Shown: piece by piece, positions 18,268 to 24,847 of the stretch
Layout of the letters: each line of letters starts with the position of its first letter
Position numbering within the stretch: the first letter of the stretch is position 1
Source of the DNA: a virus
Taxonomy: Duplodnaviria > Caudoviricetes
IMG/VR virus record: IMGVR_UViG_3300035675_000026
Coordinates: 1-26,275 of that record
DNA: 26,275 bases
Reading direction: 5' to 3' (one strand)
The notes under the pieces: model-generated
Told to the model about the DNA's origin: nothing
What the model saw: the letters and a program-made list of their open reading frames with translations, nothing else
The model's database searches: none
Made by a program: the position numbers and the translations under genes

Positions 18268-18367
18268 ATTCCCTGTATTTGCCGCAATATCTGCCCCCAC
18301 GATTGTTACAAGTATGGCTCAATTCGTGAAAGTAAGGGCAGTCTTTGGCATACTTGCATAGCTTCAT
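18194..18367 (-). CDS. Small Cys-rich protein (57 aa, MKLCKYAKDCPYF...CNN...YCGKY)
   Basis: ATG 18367 overlaps the upstream TGA (ATGA). Four Cys. Confidence 0.5.
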   Translation of the reverse strand: MKLCKYAKDCPYFHELSHTCNNRGGRYCGKYREYESKNNDKQRDKGDATAIGLQERV

Positions 18368-18600
18368 AATCTCCTTGATTCTTCTATTCTTTTCATTGAT
18401 TCTTTGAACGCTATCTCTTCCCCTGATTCCGGTGGTAGCCATTCCATTACTATATTATCTGGCTTGTCTTCTTTCAATATGATCTCTTTCTCTTTTAATC
18501 GTGCCGGCTGTTGCTCGTTCAATAATACCAATGCTTTCCAGCACATATAAGTCTGAAGCCCAAGGAATAACGCTATTAAAGCCAATAAGAAGTTGGTCAT
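18364..18600 (-). CDS. Small membrane-anchored protein (78 aa)
   Basis: N-terminal hydrophobic helix FLLALIALFLGLQTYMCW. Confidence 0.7.
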   Translation of the reverse strand: MTNFLLALIALFLGLQTYMCWKALVLLNEQQPARLKEKEIILKEDKPDNIVMEWLPPESGEEIAFKESMKRIEESRRL

Positions 18601-18680
18601 AATTGCCAGAATAAATATATCCCTAATGTTATTAAAAATACTAGTAGTATTAACCAGAAGTTAGTATCTGTCTCTTTCAT
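18597..18680 (-). CDS. Single-pass membrane peptide (27 aa, MKETDTNFWLILLVFLITLGIYLFWQL)
   Basis: Exactly fills the gap: starts 1 nt after the terS stop and ends in an ATGA overlap. Confidence 0.6.
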   Translation of the reverse strand: MKETDTNFWLILLVFLITLGIYLFWQL

Positions 18681-18681
18681 A

Positions 18682-19011
18682 TTACATCTTTTCTAGTTTC
18701 TTATCTATAAGCTTTAACATTAAAACCTTGTCTTCTTCACTTAATGAAAACGTTTTATCTAAGCCACCACTAACCTCTAGTTCCTGCTTAACTGGTCCAT
18801 CTATTCTATCTACTATCTTATCTATTGATGCTTGTTCTCCTTTAATACCTGCGTTATGTAACCATTTCTTTATTATTGTTCTTGCCCAATCTTCTTTATT
18901 CTCACCTTCTGGTAACTTTTCTAATTCTTCTTTTAATATACCAATTAATGATATACTTCCAGGAGGTCTACCATTTCTATTTATGTTTGGGTCACCTTTT
19001 ACAAATACCAT
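18682..19011 (-). CDS. terS: Putative terminase small subunit (DUF5681-like N-terminus)
   Basis: FVKGDPNINRNGRPPGS motif and DRIDGPVKQELEVSG. Upstream of terL. Confidence 0.75.
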   Translation of the reverse strand: MVFVKGDPNINRNGRPPGSISLIGILKEELEKLPEGENKEDWARTIIKKWLHNAGIKGEQASIDKIVDRIDGPVKQELEVSGGLDKTFSLSEEDKVLMLKLIDKKLEKM

Positions 19012-19047
19012 AGTATAAAATTGTATTAACTATTATTGAACTTGTTC

Positions 19048-19122
19048 TTAAGGTAGGGCATAATCGATGCCCATCCTCAATCAAACAGAATAAATCTGTT
19101 AATGATTATATGCCTACCTTAA
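19048..19122. repeat. Branched inverted-repeat structure upstream of terS
   Basis: Outer TTAAGGTAGG / CCTACCTTAA, with inner GGGCAT/ATGCCC and AACAGA/TCTGTT. Confidence 0.65.
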
Positions 19123-19133
19123 AAATACCTTCT

Positions 19134-19466
19134 TTACTTTTTAAAATTAACTTTATCTTGCTTGGTATATGCCTCTTTTTCTATGGTTTCTATTGTGTTA
19201 TGTGGCTCTTGTATTGCGTGTATGATTTCGTGGTTCAATAAATGTTCTATCGCTTTTTTTATTGATGGTCTGAATGTTTCTTCTAATGAATTGATATGTA
19301 TTGTTATCGTAGGTGGGTTTGTCAACCTATTGCAATTTGCCCCGATTTTGTTGTTACCATCTCTTATTGATTTGAATATGGCTTTTTCTTTTATCTCGTC
19401 TTTCAACTCCCTTATTATGTCTTCCAACTCCAGTTCCAAGTAATGTTGGAAGGATTCTTTTGGCAT
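19134..19466 (-). CDS. Putative HExxH zinc metallopeptidase (minimal zincin)
   Basis: ITIHI strand, then LLNHEIIHAIQ and a downstream IEKEAY third-ligand helix. Confidence 0.65.
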   Translation of the reverse strand: MPKESFQHYLELELEDIIRELKDEIKEKAIFKSIRDGNNKIGANCNRLTNPPTITIHINSLEETFRPSIKKAIEHLLNHEIIHAIQEPHNTIETIEKEAYTKQDKVNFKK

Positions 19467-19672
19467 TATTTCTTTTGTGCTTCTCTTTGATTGTGGATGT
19501 ATTGCCTTAATCCCCTAATGCAAATTTGGCAGAATATCATCTCGGTCTTTCTTATCGCTGGCTCTTGCTTGTTCTTTAATAACTGGAAAGTCTTTTCAAC
19601 ATAGACAAGAGTTCCGTTCTCATCTTGTTGCCCGATTTCCATACCACATTGGTCGCAATATATTTTTATCAT
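19466..19672 (-). CDS. Small zinc-ribbon protein (68 aa)
   Basis: YCDQCG...FCQIC. Confidence 0.7.
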   Translation of the reverse strand: MIKIYCDQCGMEIGQQDENGTLVYVEKTFQLLKNKQEPAIRKTEMIFCQICIRGLRQYIHNQREAQKK

Positions 19673-19869
19673 TTTGATATTCCTATTAAGAATCTTTTAG
19701 TTTCTAAATGAACACCACAAATAAAATGTCTAAAGAAGTTTGGTCTAATCCTTATCCATATTGTAAGATAAAACTTCCTTAAAGCCCATCCTATTGCTAC
19801 TTTACTATCTTTATCTGCGCCCTCTATTCCAGTTGTTAAATAAATTATTTCAAGCCTCCCGATTTTCAT
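19669..19869 (-). CDS. Hypothetical protein (66 aa)
   Basis: Start moved to ATG 19869, which gives ATGA overlaps at both ends. Confidence 0.55.
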   Translation of the reverse strand: MKIGRLEIIYLTTGIEGADKDSKVAIGWALRKFYLTIWIRIRPNFFRHFICGVHLETKRFLIGISK

Positions 19870-20018
19870 AATGACATTATTGCTCTTAATATTTCTGATA
19901 AATACCACAATATCTTGTTCCCAAAATAAAGTAAAACAAAAAACCCACAGTATAATACTATGGTTTTTAAAACTTGAACTGCATTAAAATCTTGGTTAAA
20001 AAATGTTTTCATACCCAT
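19866..20018 (-). CDS. Small membrane protein (50 aa), first gene of the leftward operon
   Basis: MGMKTFFNQDFNAVQVLKTIVLYCGFFVLLYFGNKILWYLSEILRAIMSL. ATGA overlap with the next gene. Confidence 0.6.
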   Translation of the reverse strand: MGMKTFFNQDFNAVQVLKTIVLYCGFFVLLYFGNKILWYLSEILRAIMSL

Positions 20019-20042
20019 TTTATTTATGAGATTTATAATTCT

Positions 20043-20051
20043 ATTATAGCA
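20043..20051 (-). promoter_or_regulatory. Extended -10 promoter for the leftward (late) operon
   Basis: TGCTATAAT (TGn-TATAAT) 24 nt upstream of ATG 20018. No good -35. Confidence 0.6.
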
Positions 20052-20179
20052 TATTCACCTCGCAGAAACACCCTATTAACTTTTAGGTTGTTTTGAATTC
20101 CCTTTATTATTAGAAAAAACTTAACTTCCAATTTCACCCCTGTTTTTGGAAAAATAGAAAATTAATTATTTTTTTTATC

Positions 20180-20194
20180 AAGGTGGGGATAACT
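20180..20194 (+). repeat. 15-bp repeat AAGGTGGGGATAACT, copy 1 (contains a DnaA-box-like 9-mer)
   Basis: Identical copy at 22301..22315. The minus strand reads TTATCCCCA versus the DnaA box TTATCCACA. Confidence 0.7.
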
Positions 20195-20198
20195 GAAG

Positions 20199-20227
20199 TT
20201 GCTGGTTCTGTTTCAATAATTTATAAT
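20199..20227 (+). promoter_or_regulatory. Rightward sigma70-type promoter
   Basis: TTGCTG-N17-TATAAT upstream of ATG 20264. Confidence 0.55.
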
Positions 20228-20263
20228 AAATTATTAAAGGTCGTAGAATAAAAAATAAAAATT

Positions 20264-20443
20264 ATGTCAAAAAAAATTAAAAAATTAGTCATAAAAAATA
20301 AAAAAAGATGCTCAATTTGTCAAAAAATGTATAGTGGTTTTGGAAATAATGCCCTTCCAATTAATACAGGAAGATGTTGCGATAAATGTAATAGTTTAGT
20401 AGTTATAGCAAGAATTAATCGACTCTACTATCCTATTTTATGA
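20264..20443 (+). CDS. Small zinc-finger phage protein (59 aa)
   Basis: MSKKIKKLVIKNKKRCSICQKMYSGFGNNALPINTGRCCDKCNSLVVIARINRLYYPIL. AAAGGTCG leader and ATGA coupling. Confidence 0.8.
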   Translation: MSKKIKKLVIKNKKRCSICQKMYSGFGNNALPINTGRCCDKCNSLVVIARINRLYYPIL

Positions 20444-20631
20444 AAGATTTAACAGCAGAACAAATTAGAAATCTAAGTCCTTTTAGATTAAGAGAATTTT
20501 ATCTTCAAGGATTAACAATGGAACAAATTGCAGAAAAATGTGGTGTTGAAAAAACACTAATTAAAAGAAGATTCCATGAATACAAAACAAAAAGAGTCAA
20601 TGAAAGATATCATTGGATAAAAGGAAGATAA
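20440..20631 (+). CDS. Small helix-turn-helix DNA-binding protein
   Basis: FYLQGLTMEQIAEKCGVEKTLIKRRF. Confidence 0.75.
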   Translation: MKDLTAEQIRNLSPFRLREFYLQGLTMEQIAEKCGVEKTLIKRRFHEYKTKRVNERYHWIKGR

Positions 20632-20632
20632 T

Positions 20633-21064
20633 ATGAAAATAGCATCAGCAAAAGCAAAGGGTAATTTATTAGAAGACTTCATTGTTGATTGGTTAAGAAA
20701 TTCTAAGCTAGATACTCGCGCTTATAGACAAAAGGGTTCTGGTAGTGGATTAAATAAAGGTGATATTTGGAATTCTCTTAACATACACTTTGAATGTAAG
20801 AATCAAAAACAAGCATCTTTTAAAGAGTGGTTTAGACAGATTGAAGAAGAAAATGTATCAAATCTTCCTGCTGCTCTTATTTGGCACTTGCCACAAACTG
20901 CTCTTGAGAATAGTAAAGTAGTAATCGATTTGTGGTTCTTTGAGAAACTTTTACAACACTATAGAGAAAAAAGAACAGTCGAAACACCTAATAAAGAAAT
21001 CAAATACTTATTAGAAAGAATTAAAACAGACGCTCATCAGTTAATTAAAAAATTAGAAGATTAA
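20633..21064 (+). CDS. Putative Holliday-junction resolvase (Hjc-like PD-(D/E)xK)
   Basis: SAKAKGNLLE...RQKGSG...KGDI...FECKNQK. Confidence 0.7.
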   Translation: MKIASAKAKGNLLEDFIVDWLRNSKLDTRAYRQKGSGSGLNKGDIWNSLNIHFECKNQKQASFKEWFRQIEEENVSNLPAALIWHLPQTALENSKVVIDLWFFEKLLQHYREKRTVETPNKEIKYLLERIKTDAHQLIKKLED

Positions 21065-21134
21065 ATACAAGTTGATATAGTTTCCTTGTGCTATATTAGC
21101 GAAACCAGTCGCAACCTGTGAAAAAGCTCATTTA

Positions 21135-21911
21135 ATGGAAAAACATCAGTTAACTTATACATTAATCCTTCATCATATAAGAAAGAAATTAAAACTAACA
21201 TTAATGGAATATTGTGTAGCAGATTGTATTTACCACCTTTCAAACAATCCTGCTAGTGAAATAAAAGGATGGTGTTATGCATCAAAACCAACAATTGCTA
21301 AAATGCTCGGAAGTAGTGAACAAACAATTTTTTCAATACTAACAAAATTAATAGAAAAGAAGTTTATTGAAAAAGATCCAGATACAAAGTATCTAAAAAC
21401 TACTGAGAAATGGTATGAAAATGTTGTTTTAGTGAAGGCTAATGCTGAGTATAAAGAAACTTTAGGGATAGTAAAGAAAGTTTACACTACCAGTAAAGAA
21501 ACTTTACTCCCACCAGTAAAGAAACTTGAGTCATATAATAATATATATAATAATAATTATAATAAGACTGTAACTGAAAAGATTTTCATCTTTTCGGACT
21601 GGTTAAACTCTCTACTTATAAGCAAACAAACGAATCTAAAAATTATCGGTCTTTACATCAAGCATAAAGGTTACAAGTTTAGTAATGCTTTACAAGCAAA
21701 AGCAGAGCTTACTAGAAACTTGCGTGCTGCTTCTCTTCTCGCTGGTTATACACTAGAAGATGTTAAACGTATTATGTCTTATTTAGATGAGCAGGATTTT
21801 ATCAAGAAGTGGACACTTGAAACAGTAAGTAAGTATATGCAAGATGTTAAAACTGGTAAAGTCGAAAGTGAGTTAATTATTCCTGAATACGCAAAAAAAT
21901 ATGTCAAATAA
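21135..21911 (+). CDS. Replication initiator protein (N-terminal winged HTH; lambda O-like organisation)
   Basis: GWCYASKPTIAKMLGSSEQTIFSILTKLIEKKFIEK. Internal iterons and an Asn-rich linker. Confidence 0.8.
   Translation: MEKHQLTYTLILHHIRKKLKLTLMEYCVADCIYHLSNNPASEIKGWCYASKPTIAKMLGSSEQTIFSILTKLIEKKFIEKDPDTKYLKTTEKWYENVVLVKANAEYKETLGIVKKVYTTSKETLLPPVKKLESYNNIYNNNYNKTVTEKIFIFSDWLNSLLISKQTNLKIIGLYIKHKGYKFSNALQAKAELTRNLRAASLLAGYTLEDVKRIMSYLDEQDFIKKWTLETVSKYMQDVKTGKVESELIIPEYAKKYVK
21452..21565 (+). repeat. Probable replication origin: 4 iterons plus an A/T-only tract
   Basis: TAAAGAAA(C/G)TT(T/G)A at 21452, 21472, 21494 and 21517, then an A/T-only stretch at 21533..21565. Confidence 0.8.
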
Positions 21912-22302
21912 AAAATACGATTCAGAAGCAAAAATATACTGGGTTAAGAAATTAGTGAAGAGTTCGGAATGGTCTAGTTACTATTCTCAGATTTCTAGTT
22001 ATTGTTTTCTTGGAAAAGATATTAACGGAGTATGGATTGGATTTTTAGTAGCTGATAAAATTCCATTTAGTTGTGTAGAAATTACCGATCCGATTGAATT
22101 AAAAAGAATTCGTGATTATAGAAAAGAAAGAAACATAGCTCCATTACCTTTTGAAATTGAGGAAATAGAATCAAAAAAAATAATTGATGAAGAAGATATT
22201 ATTGATAAAGAAAATGATATTGATGTCAAAGAATTATTCAAGAAAGACGACAATAATGATGACAACCTTTGGGATAATGTAAATCCGGATGAGGCATTCT
22301 AA
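21901..22302 (+). CDS. Hypothetical protein with very acidic C-terminus (133 aa)
   Basis: Overlaps the end of the initiator. Asp/Glu-rich tail ending DEAF. Confidence 0.7.
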   Translation: MSNKKYDSEAKIYWVKKLVKSSEWSSYYSQISSYCFLGKDINGVWIGFLVADKIPFSCVEITDPIELKRIRDYRKERNIAPLPFEIEEIESKKIIDEEDIIDKENDIDVKELFKKDDNNDDNLWDNVNPDEAF

Positions 22303-22315
22303 GGTGGGGATAACT
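22301..22315 (+). repeat. 15-bp repeat AAGGTGGGGATAACT, copy 2
   Basis: Identical to 20180..20194. Upstream of the strong promoter. Confidence 0.7.
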
Positions 22316-22353
22316 CTTATTTTTCAAGGGAATTTGATGGTATGTCAAAGAGG

Positions 22354-22382
22354 TTGACATAATGCCTTCAGTATCATATAAT
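22354..22382 (+). promoter_or_regulatory. Perfect-consensus sigma70 early promoter
   Basis: TTGACA (22354-59), N17, TATAAT (22377-82). Confidence 0.9.
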
Positions 22383-22440
22383 GAAAATGTAGAGGTAAAT
22401 ATAGAGTTAACTAAAGGTCAAAGAAAATAAAAAAAATAAT

Positions 22441-22611
22441 ATGAAAAAAATAATTTACGACGAAGCAAAAGCAAAAGAATTTTTAAGAATAAAGGAAATA
22501 TATTTGAAGCAAGAAAGAAGGATGAATGAATTAATAAGAAAAAATATAATCACAGAAGAGACGGCAAAAAAGTATTTAAAAGAATTAAGTCTAAAAGTGT
22601 TCGGTAAATAA
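22441..22611 (+). CDS. Small basic early protein (56 aa)
   Basis: MKKIIYDEAKAKEFLRIKEIYLKQERR...VFGK. First gene after the consensus promoter, with an AAAGGTCA leader. Confidence 0.7.
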   Translation: MKKIIYDEAKAKEFLRIKEIYLKQERRMNELIRKNIITEETAKKYLKELSLKVFGK

Positions 22612-22637
22612 AAGGTCGAAGAAAACAAAAAAATAAA

Positions 22638-22895
22638 ATGAAAAAAAATATGGAAACACCAAGCAGATCAAAGAGATTTCAAAATGCATTAGACAAGTTA
22701 TCTGATGCTAGGTTTGAAATAGAAGAGTTAAGAGATGAGTTACAAAACTGGTTAGATAACATGCCAGAAAATCTTCAACAGAGCAACAAAGCATCTGAGT
22801 TAGAAGATGCTATTAACAACCTTGATGATGTTGTTAATAATATAGAACAAGTTGAAGGAGAAGCAAATGTAACTTTTCCCGGAATGTTCTCATAA
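22638..22895 (+). CDS. Acidic helical-bundle early protein (85 aa)
   Basis: IEELRDELQNWLDNMPENLQ...LEDAINNL amphipathic helices. Confidence 0.8.
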   Translation: MKKNMETPSRSKRFQNALDKLSDARFEIEELRDELQNWLDNMPENLQQSNKASELEDAINNLDDVVNNIEQVEGEANVTFPGMFS

Positions 22896-22933
22896 AAGGC
22901 CGAAAAAAATAATAAAATAAAATAAAAAATAAA

Positions 22934-23098
22934 ATGAATAACAACATAATACCTGAATTAAAATTCTGGTTAGAAGAAAAAGGAATTAAAGGATTAACAG
23001 AAGAAGAAATGGAAGACCTGGACGGAAAAGCGTGGGAGGAAATTGATGCATTAATGGACGAAAACATTGAAGCGTGGGTAGAAGAGATAAAAGAATAG
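22934..23098 (+). CDS. Very acidic early mini-protein (54 aa)
   Basis: MNNNIIPELKFWLEEKGIKGLTEEEMEDLDGKAWEEIDALMDENIEAWVEEIKE. 18 D/E versus 5 K. Confidence 0.75.
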   Translation: MNNNIIPELKFWLEEKGIKGLTEEEMEDLDGKAWEEIDALMDENIEAWVEEIKE

Positions 23099-23154
23099 CT
23101 TTTGACCTCGCCTCTTTCTCGCAAGAGCAGAAGGGGGCGAAGATGAGGAGCTAT
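23095..23154 (+). promoter_or_regulatory. Long hairpin with 4/5 internal loop and GCAA tetraloop (candidate RNase III site)
   Basis: ATAGCTTTT/AGGAGCTAT, TCGCCTCTTT/AAGGGGGCGA and CTC-GCAA-GAG. Confidence 0.6.
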
Positions 23155-23188
23155 CCTCAAAAGGTCGTTAAAATAAAAAAACAAAAAT

Positions 23189-23509
23189 ATGAAAATTCTA
23201 ATTCAAAATGGTTCAATAGTTAAAGTAGATGGAAGTGTAATAATTATTGAATCAAAAGACGAAACAAAACAAGTTTCTAAGAAAGAGAGTATTAATTTAC
23301 CTACTTATCAAAGTATCCACAATAAGAAAGTTAAAAGTCCTTGTGTAATTTGTGGAAATAAGCTTGGTAAATATAAGTGGAAAGTTTGTAGTAAGGCCTG
23401 TGCAAAAATTAGATGGAACGAATTAACCAGAAAACGTCTTGCTAAGAAAAGGGCGTTACAAGAAGATAAATTAAATAGAATTAATGTTCCCGTTAGGTGG
23501 GAAGAATAA
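23189..23509 (+). CDS. Zinc-finger protein (CxxC...CSxxC)
   Basis: CVICG...KVCSKAC followed by a basic helix. Confidence 0.75.
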   Translation: MKILIQNGSIVKVDGSVIIIESKDETKQVSKKESINLPTYQSIHNKKVKSPCVICGNKLGKYKWKVCSKACAKIRWNELTRKRLAKKRALQEDKLNRINVPVRWEE

Positions 23510-23538
23510 AGGTCGAGTAAATTAAAAAAACTTCTAAT

Positions 23539-23865
23539 ATGAAATTATTTCAAACCCTAGAAGAAAAAAAGAGACACGCACAAGCAATACTGGCTGATGA
23601 ACTAGAAAGTTTAAAGTATTACAAGAAGCACGAATCAAAGGATGACTATGTAATTGGAACTAATTTTAGAACCAATTTACAGGATACAGAATTAAAAATT
23701 GAAGCATTACAAGATTTTATCGATAACATCGATAAGATGTTAAGAGAAGGTGCTAGTCACGATGAAGAATTGGCAATGTCTAATAGAATGACAAGAGATG
23801 AATTACTTGAATCAGAAATACAAAACGATTGGGTGAATGAAAATGCACCTGATAAGGAAGAATAA
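23539..23865 (+). CDS. Hypothetical acidic protein (108 aa)
   Basis: Clean ORF with an AAAGGTCG leader. Confidence 0.75.
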   Translation: MKLFQTLEEKKRHAQAILADELESLKYYKKHESKDDYVIGTNFRTNLQDTELKIEALQDFIDNIDKMLREGASHDEELAMSNRMTRDELLESEIQNDWVNENAPDKEE

Positions 23866-23967
23866 TCAGCCATTTATCCTGCTCCTGGGCTCGTTCTAGT
23901 TAACAGTCGTCGTAATGGCATGATTCCAGGTGGGACTTGCTTGGGAGCAGAATTAAGTGGCGGATTA
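23863..23967 (+). promoter_or_regulatory. Long-stem structured RNA upstream of the Cas4-like gene
   Basis: TAATC-A-GCCATTTA / TAAGTGGC-G-GATTA and CTGCTCCTGGGC / GCTTGGGAGCAG enclose a 48-nt interior. Confidence 0.6.
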
Positions 23968-23986
23968 ATAATTAAAATAAAAAAAT

Positions 23987-24847
23987 ATGAATAATAGTTG
24001 GAGCATACAAGAATTTGAAAATGCTTATTTAGAATTTCAAATGAAAAGAGGAGATCAGAAATCAGATTACTGGAGAGGAAGTGATATGGGTGCTTGTGCT
24101 AGAAAAAGAATATATACAAGAAAAGGAATACAACCAACAGAATTGATAACTTCACGACAACATAGAACAATGGATGTTGGAAATCTCTTTCATACAAAGT
24201 ATCAAAGATTTTTCAAGAAACTTGGAATACTGATAGAAAAAGAAGGAGAAATTGTCAATGAAGAGTATCATTTTAAAGGTCACTTTGATGCTCTTTTAGG
24301 TGGAATTCCTAAACCTGTGAGAAAGGAAGATTTTACTTTTAAAGGTAAAGATGGTAAAGAATTCTTCAAACAAGACGAATTTGATTGGTTTAATGGGTTT
24401 CTCAGTGGTTTGAATCAGAGGTTCCCTACTGGATTACCTCTTCTACTCTATGAGTTAAAAACACAACACTCAATGTCATTTCAGTATATAGAAAAAAAAC
24501 CACAACCTGAACATTATTATCAGTTATGCTCTTATCTCTATTTCTTAAAAGATAAGTATCCAGAACTCAAAGAAGGTAGAATACTCTATATTAGTAAAGA
24601 TGATTCTCGTTTATGTGAACATATAATTAGATTAAATGATGAAACAATTGAACAAATTGAGAGTGAACTTAAACAACTTAATGAGTATTGGAAGAAAGAT
24701 GAATTACCTCCACAACTTGAAGAAATAGAAAACGGTAGAATAAATTGGAAATGTTCATACTGTCCCTTTTTAACTCATTGTAGAGGAGAAGGGTGGGTCG
24801 ACATAGTATCAAAAAAGATTAAAGGATTAAAATCAAAGAAAAAATGA
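23987..24847 (+). CDS. Cas4-like PD-(D/E)xK exonuclease with Fe-S cysteines (phage recombination nuclease)
   Basis: SDMGACARK, GNLFH, GHFD, YELKT, QLCSY and CSYCPFLTHC (1+3 Cys). Confidence 0.85.
   Translation: MNNSWSIQEFENAYLEFQMKRGDQKSDYWRGSDMGACARKRIYTRKGIQPTELITSRQHRTMDVGNLFHTKYQRFFKKLGILIEKEGEIVNEEYHFKGHFDALLGGIPKPVRKEDFTFKGKDGKEFFKQDEFDWFNGFLSGLNQRFPTGLPLLLYELKTQHSMSFQYIEKKPQPEHYYQLCSYLYFLKDKYPELKEGRILYISKDDSRLCEHIIRLNDETIEQIESELKQLNEYWKKDELPPQLEEIENGRINWKCSYCPFLTHCRGEGWVDIVSKKIKGLKSKKK

Noticed and set aside
411-19443. Numerous plus-strand ORFs in the track (e.g. 411..650, 2968..3330, 6639..7013, 15139..15510, 18728..19018)
   Set aside because: They are antisense shadows of long, motif-bearing minus-strand genes, with no coherent operon structure.
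21072-21097. Possible promoter TTGATA...TGCTATATT before the initiator gene
   Set aside because: The spacer is only 14 nt and the -10 is imperfect. It is plausible as an extended -10 but too weak to call.
22834-23184. 116-aa minus-strand ORF (also 25005..25187, 25593..25859, 25816..26001)
   Set aside because: Antisense to the plus-strand early genes. The Phe/Ile/Ser bias simply mirrors the A-rich sense strand.
23880-23950. tRNA-like sequence in the intergenic region
   Set aside because: No cloverleaf, T-loop (TTCRA) in context or acceptor stem could be built.
23866-24847. CRISPR-Cas system or mini-array suggested by the Cas4-like gene
   Set aside because: No direct repeat-spacer units and no cas1/cas2. 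Solo Cas4-like nucleases are common phage recombination genes.
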